From Candidatus Cloacimonadales bacterium (GTDB lineage: Bacteria > Cloacimonadota > Cloacimonadia > Cloacimonadales > JAIOQZ01): DNA of 64,000 nucleotides. A program made the translations under genes and the position numbers. Location: NCBI GenBank assembly GCA_963665815.1, contig OY762463.1, positions 3,040,001 to 3,104,000 on the forward strand, written 5' to 3'. Every line of letters starts with the position of its first letter. Within the stretch, counting starts at the first letter, position 1. A model generated the notes under the pieces. It saw nothing but the letters and a program-made list of their open reading frames with translations. It did no database searches and was not told where the DNA came from. Positions 59,801 through 64,000 of this stretch are shown here, piece after piece.

Positions 59801-59808
59801 GTATTTAT

Positions 59809-60213
59809 TTATTCTTTTATTTCAAATTTATATTGATCTGGACCGGAATGATCGTGAACATGATCTCCATATGCAAGCAGCACAGCTTCCGAATCACCTA
59901 TATTGATGAAAGTGTGGGCGTATTGAGGTAAAACTTTTACCCTTTCCAGTTCATCCCCATCACTATCAAGTATATATTCTGTAATCTGATCGCTTTCAAT
60001 ATGCTGTACCAGCACTTTCAGACGACCTTTCATTACACAGAATATCTCAGTTTTATCGTTATGATAATGATTTCCTCTTACATCCCCGGGACCGATAGTA
60101 GATGCATAAACCTGTCCTTTAAAGTTAAGTATATTTTCATCTTCTCTCAGAAATTCAATCAGGAAACCTCTTTCATCCCCATGCTTAGGAATTGGTTGCA
60201 TGATGTTTCTCAT
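59809..60213 (-). CDS. Cupin-fold NDP-sugar isomerase/epimerase (FdtA/WxcM- or CapF C-domain-like)
   Basis: DERG, RGNHYH..K.E.F and P..AH.F.N motifs; start may be 60201. Confidence 0.75.
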   Translation of the reverse strand: MRNIMQPIPKHGDERGFLIEFLREDENILNFKGQVYASTIGPGDVRGNHYHNDKTEIFCVMKGRLKVLVQHIESDQITEYILDSDGDELERVKVLPQYAHTFINIGDSEAVLLAYGDHVHDHSGPDQYKFEIKE

Positions 60214-61117
60214 AGAATTTTATAATTTCTTTAAGACCTTCTTCAAACTTGTGCGAAGCTTTCCAGTTAATATGCTCTTCAATTTTGTTTGTAGAAATAG
60301 CGTATCTGAGGTCCTGCCCCCATCTGTTTGGAACAAACTTCAAATTAGGTTCTTTACCCATAGCTTTGTAAATCATTGTTATGATTTCAAGATTTGTGTA
60401 TTGTTCACCTGAGCAAATATTATAGATTTCATTTCTCTTTTGGCTCTTAACAATACTGAGGATTGCATCAGCGTGATCTTTTGCATGTACCCAGGATCTG
60501 ACATAAGATCCATCTCCGTGGATTGTCATTGGTCTGTCATGCATAACACTCATAATTGTTTTGGGAACCAGCTTTTCAGGATATTGTCTTGTGCCGTAGT
60601 TGTTACTGCATCGAGTAATTATTGAGTTGATTCCATAAGTTCTGTTATAAGCAAAAACAAATTGCTCAGCAGCCGCTTTTGTAGAGGAATATGGGTTTGA
60701 TGGTTTAAGTACATCAGATTCCGTAAATTCACCTTCCAGAGTATCTCCGTAAACTTCATCTGTACTTACCTGAACAAACAGAGGTCGATCAAAATCAGCC
60801 TTTACTCTAATTCTTTCAAGAAGATTATGTGCTCCCTGAACATTTGAGCGGAAGAATATATCACTATTCTCAATTGAGTTATCAACAAAACTTTCAGCTG
60901 CGAAATTGACAAGAACATCACACTTGGGTAGATTGGATATATCGCAGATATCCTGTTTCCAGAAATTATAGTTTTTGTGATTTTCAAAACCAATATTTTC
61001 CCAGGATACGTAAGTCATTTTATCAATGTTAAGTACAGTGTATCCTTCGTTCAACAGTCTTTCAATAAAATGGCTTCCAATAAAACCACATCCACCTGTA
61101 ACAATAAAATCATACAT
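60185..61117 (-). CDS. rfbB: dTDP-glucose 4,6-dehydratase
   Basis: VTGGCGFIGS, FAAESFVD, VSTDEVYG, PYSSTK, NNYG..QYPEK and DLRY motifs. Confidence 0.9.
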   Translation of the reverse strand: MYDFIVTGGCGFIGSHFIERLLNEGYTVLNIDKMTYVSWENIGFENHKNYNFWKQDICDISNLPKCDVLVNFAAESFVDNSIENSDIFFRSNVQGAHNLLERIRVKADFDRPLFVQVSTDEVYGDTLEGEFTESDVLKPSNPYSSTKAAAEQFVFAYNRTYGINSIITRCSNNYGTRQYPEKLVPKTIMSVMHDRPMTIHGDGSYVRSWVHAKDHADAILSIVKSQKRNEIYNICSGEQYTNLEIITMIYKAMGKEPNLKFVPNRWGQDLRYAISTNKIEEHINWKASHKFEEGLKEIIKFYEKHHATNS

Positions 61118-61153
61118 TTCTTACTCCATATATTTACATTATTTTAATTTTTA

Positions 61154-62572
61154 TTAATATGCTCCATCTCCGAAAATCATAACCGGTATGGTTTTCAGTA
61201 TCAGTTTAATATCTGACCAGAGCGATATATTGTTAATATAATAATAGTCCATAACTATCATTTCTTCAAAAGACACTTGAGATCTGCCGCTAACCTGCCA
61301 TACTCCTGTACACCCTGGTTTTACCAGAAATCTTGTTTTATGCCAGTCCTTAAACATTTTATACTCATAGGGAAGTGATGGTCGTGGTCCGACCAGACTC
61401 ATATCACCTTTGAGAACATTAAACAACTGAGGTAACTCGTCCAAACTGGTTTTTCTGATAAATCCACCAATTGGAGTAACCCGGGGATCATCAACAATTT
61501 TCTTCACTTTAGAATCATCTGTTCCATTTATAAACTCAGAAATGAATTTTTGATGTCTTGAACTATCATTATCAACATACATTGATCTGAACTTATAGAA
61601 TGTAAACTCTTTACCATCTTTTCCAACCCGATTCTGACTGAACAGAATAGGTCCCTTTGATGTAAATTTTATTATCATACTTATTGTAAGGAATATTGGA
61701 GACAAAATTAATAGTCCAATAAATGATAAAATTATATCCAGAAATCTTTTAACATAGCGGTAATAATAGCTTGTCGGGCTATAATTCAAACTGATAAGAG
61801 GTAATCCGTTAAATACTTCAATCGGCTGATACTGGTGAAGAACCTCATATAAGTCGGAGATAACAAATGTTCTGATACCAATTAACTGAAAATAACTTAT
61901 AATATCCATAAGTCGATCATGTTCAACATCATCTAAAGCAATAATGATATTGTCAATTCTGACCTTCTTCTGAATTTTCTTGATATCGTTAAGATCTCCA
62001 AGAACTTTATTTTCATCTTTTAAATTTACAGAATCACTAACAAAACCGAGAAAATCCCATCGATTCCCACCTGTTATAGATTCGTAAACTTCCTTTGCTT
62101 TATTTCCACATCCATAAACGGCTACGTTCCTACGGTAAATTCCGATTTTCTCAATGTGTTTGAAAATATTTGAGAAAACAAAAATTCTATATACAATGAA
62201 AGCAAAATAAGTCAAGAAAATGAAATAAACCATAAACAAACGACTTTCCAGCAAATTACTAATATTACTTGCGTAGATTCCTATTACAAGAAACACAAAC
62301 AAATTACTGAAAATACTTTTTGATATTTTCAGGAAATGCCGTTTGTTATTAGTAAATATATGATAGTTATACATTTGATTATGGTCAAAAACCAAAAGCA
62401 TAAACACACTTAGAGCTGCGAAAATTAAAATTTCATTAATGACTTTAAGGTTGCTTATATCAATAACATTTATATAAGGTCGAAATCTCAGCCTTAGTCC
62501 GACTGCAAAACAAACTATCATTGTTAACCAGTCCATAAAGGCTAAGAAAATTTTGTATCTTGGTGTTTTCAT
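61154..62572 (-). CDS. Undecaprenyl-phosphate sugar-1-phosphate transferase (WcaJ/WbaP family)
   Basis: 4 TMs, Rossmann-like domain, then KRFLD, KFRSM, DDPRVT, SLDELPQL and GDMSLVGPRP. Confidence 0.92.
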   Translation of the reverse strand: MKTPRYKIFLAFMDWLTMIVCFAVGLRLRFRPYINVIDISNLKVINEILIFAALSVFMLLVFDHNQMYNYHIFTNNKRHFLKISKSIFSNLFVFLVIGIYASNISNLLESRLFMVYFIFLTYFAFIVYRIFVFSNIFKHIEKIGIYRRNVAVYGCGNKAKEVYESITGGNRWDFLGFVSDSVNLKDENKVLGDLNDIKKIQKKVRIDNIIIALDDVEHDRLMDIISYFQLIGIRTFVISDLYEVLHQYQPIEVFNGLPLISLNYSPTSYYYRYVKRFLDIILSFIGLLILSPIFLTISMIIKFTSKGPILFSQNRVGKDGKEFTFYKFRSMYVDNDSSRHQKFISEFINGTDDSKVKKIVDDPRVTPIGGFIRKTSLDELPQLFNVLKGDMSLVGPRPSLPYEYKMFKDWHKTRFLVKPGCTGVWQVSGRSQVSFEEMIVMDYYYINNISLWSDIKLILKTIPVMIFGDGAY

Positions 62573-62946
62573 GAATTAAAGACCTGAAACTTTTTTTTAA
62601 CGATTCATAACTGAATATATAATTATTTTTGTCAAGATATGAATACTATCATAATTATTCTTTACATTGTAAAATACAGAATATCAAATCCCTAATTTCA
62701 CCTATGCTATTATTTAAATTGTTCAACCGTTACAGATACTTGAATACATTTAACTTATACATATAGAAATAGATCATTTTGCATCAATACAAATAATAAG
62801 GTTTACAAAATATCAATATGGAATACATACTATGTATTTACGATGAATAATAAATTCGCTACTAATAAAACTAATGTTTTTATTTGATTACTTGACACAA
62901 AAAAAGTACTGATTATTTTAAATTAAAAAAAATCAGGATGGTAAAG

Positions 62947-64000
62947 ATGGTAAATCTATCTCAAAAATCAGATATCAAACATATAATTCTGACATTCATT
63001 TTTATAATATTTATACCAAATCTTCTTCTGGCAGAAGCAAGATTTCAAGAAGATGTCTTCAGCCAGACTTCTCCGGAACAAAATGGCATGTTTGGTAGTT
63101 CTGTACAGATATCAGGAGCATATGCAATTGCTACATCAACCGGTGATCCGAGCAACCCGCAAGGACAGTCAGCTTACTTTTATTTAAAAAATGCAGAAGC
63201 ATGGTCTTCAGTATCAGTAGCAATGCCGGAAGACTCACAGATATTTGAGAATTTTGGATATTCATGTGATATCGATGGTAATCATGCAGTTATTGGTGCA
63301 TACTCAAAGGATAATACTGGTGCCGTTTATGTATATAGTTATGATGGAACTTCCTGGAATAATACTCTTATTATCAGTCATAGTAATCTATCTGTTGATG
63401 ACATGTTTGGTTTTTCCGTTTCTCTGCACTCAGATAATCTTATTATTGGAGCTCCTGGAGATGATGAAGTATCAAATAATGCAGGTGCCGTATACTGCTA
63501 CCGATTTTCCGGAAATACTTGGAATTTTGAAGATAAGATTACAAATCCATCTGCTGGAACAGAATTTGGCTATGCTGTAGATAACTACAACAGCAATTTT
63601 GTCGTTTCTTCTCTACCGGCACTCCAGCAAGACTCAAACTATAGAATTTTTGTTTACAACTATAATAACAATAACTGGACCATGTTTCTGGAAATCCCTG
63701 AGCAGACTCCTGATTTTGGGTGTTCTCTTGCAATGACAGATTCCAGATTACTGGTTGGGGCTTGCGGAGATAATCCTAATGGATCACAGTCAGGTTCTGT
63801 ATACTATTTTGAATATAATGGTACATACTGGGATGAAATTGAGGTTTTCTCTCCTCATATAGGATCGACAGACGATTATTTTGGAAAATCAGTGGATATA
63901 CTAAATGATATTGCTGTTATTGGTGCTCCAGGCTCTGAAAACTCATACAACAGTACAGGATACTCATGCTATTATGAGCTGAATGGGAACAACTGGAATC
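62947..64000 (+). CDS. Secreted FG-GAP repeat (beta-propeller) protein, 5' part; runs off the window edge
   Basis: Not in the ORF track. Manual translation gives a signal peptide followed by FGSSV, FGYSCDIDGNHAVIGA, GAVYVY and FGFSVSL...IGAPGD repeats. Confidence 0.88.
   Translation, partial: MVNLSQKSDIKHIILTFIFIIFIPNLLLAEARFQEDVFSQTSPEQNGMFGSSVQISGAYAIATSTGDPSNPQGQSAYFYLKNAEAWSSVSVAMPEDSQIFENFGYSCDIDGNHAVIGAYSKDNTGAVYVYSYDGTSWNNTLIISHSNLSVDDMFGFSVSLHSDNLIIGAPGDDEVSNNAGAVYCYRFSGNTWNFEDKITNPSAGTEFGYAVDNYNSNFVVSSLPALQQDSNYRIFVYNYNNNNWTMFLEIPEQTPDFGCSLAMTDSRLLVGACGDNPNGSQSGSVYYFEYNGTYWDEIEVFSPHIGSTDDYFGKSVDILNDIAVIGAPGSENSYNSTGYSCYYELNGNNWN

Noticed and set aside
63245-63733. ORFs 63245-63580 (+) and 63539-63733 (-)
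   Set aside because: Alternative frames of the FG-GAP gene that runs off the window end.
1-64000. tRNA, rRNA, CRISPR arrays, transposases, integrases, prophage or defence genes
   Set aside because: None recognised by eye; a covariance-model scan would be needed to exclude small RNAs.

Overview
AT-rich, gene-dense chromosomal window from a diderm bacterium. The taxon is inferred to be Cloacimonadota or another FCB-group lineage, from a C-terminal NYPNPFNP.../FlgD-Ig secreted protein, GLUG and FG-GAP exoproteins and TTGACA-type promoters. Positions 1-18.7 kb are a minus-strand housekeeping/envelope run: RND efflux plus MarR, gmhB, lptD, a secreted nuclease, pgsA, a degenerate FtsEX-like pair, nadA, dut, ispA, xseB, thiN and an M23 peptidase. 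The rest contains three paralogous unknown lipoproteins, a GLUG exoprotein, malic enzyme-TPR-SLT-flhB-flhA, a bacteriohemerythrin and an ORF-free structured intergenic region (candidate ncRNA). It also holds a TetR/OM-barrel/ABC/LolA-like cassette, DUF47-PiT, two histidine kinases, a heterodimeric ABC exporter and a small dTDP-sugar locus. A 1224-aa kinase-like/GAF/sigma54-activator gene is divergent from flhF-flhG. The most notable points are the split flagellar cluster, the giant activator head-to-head with flhFG, the candidate ncRNA and the lipoprotein family with a duplicated promoter. No rRNA, tRNA, CRISPR array or mobile element was seen. All family assignments are by-eye motif recognition, not database searches.
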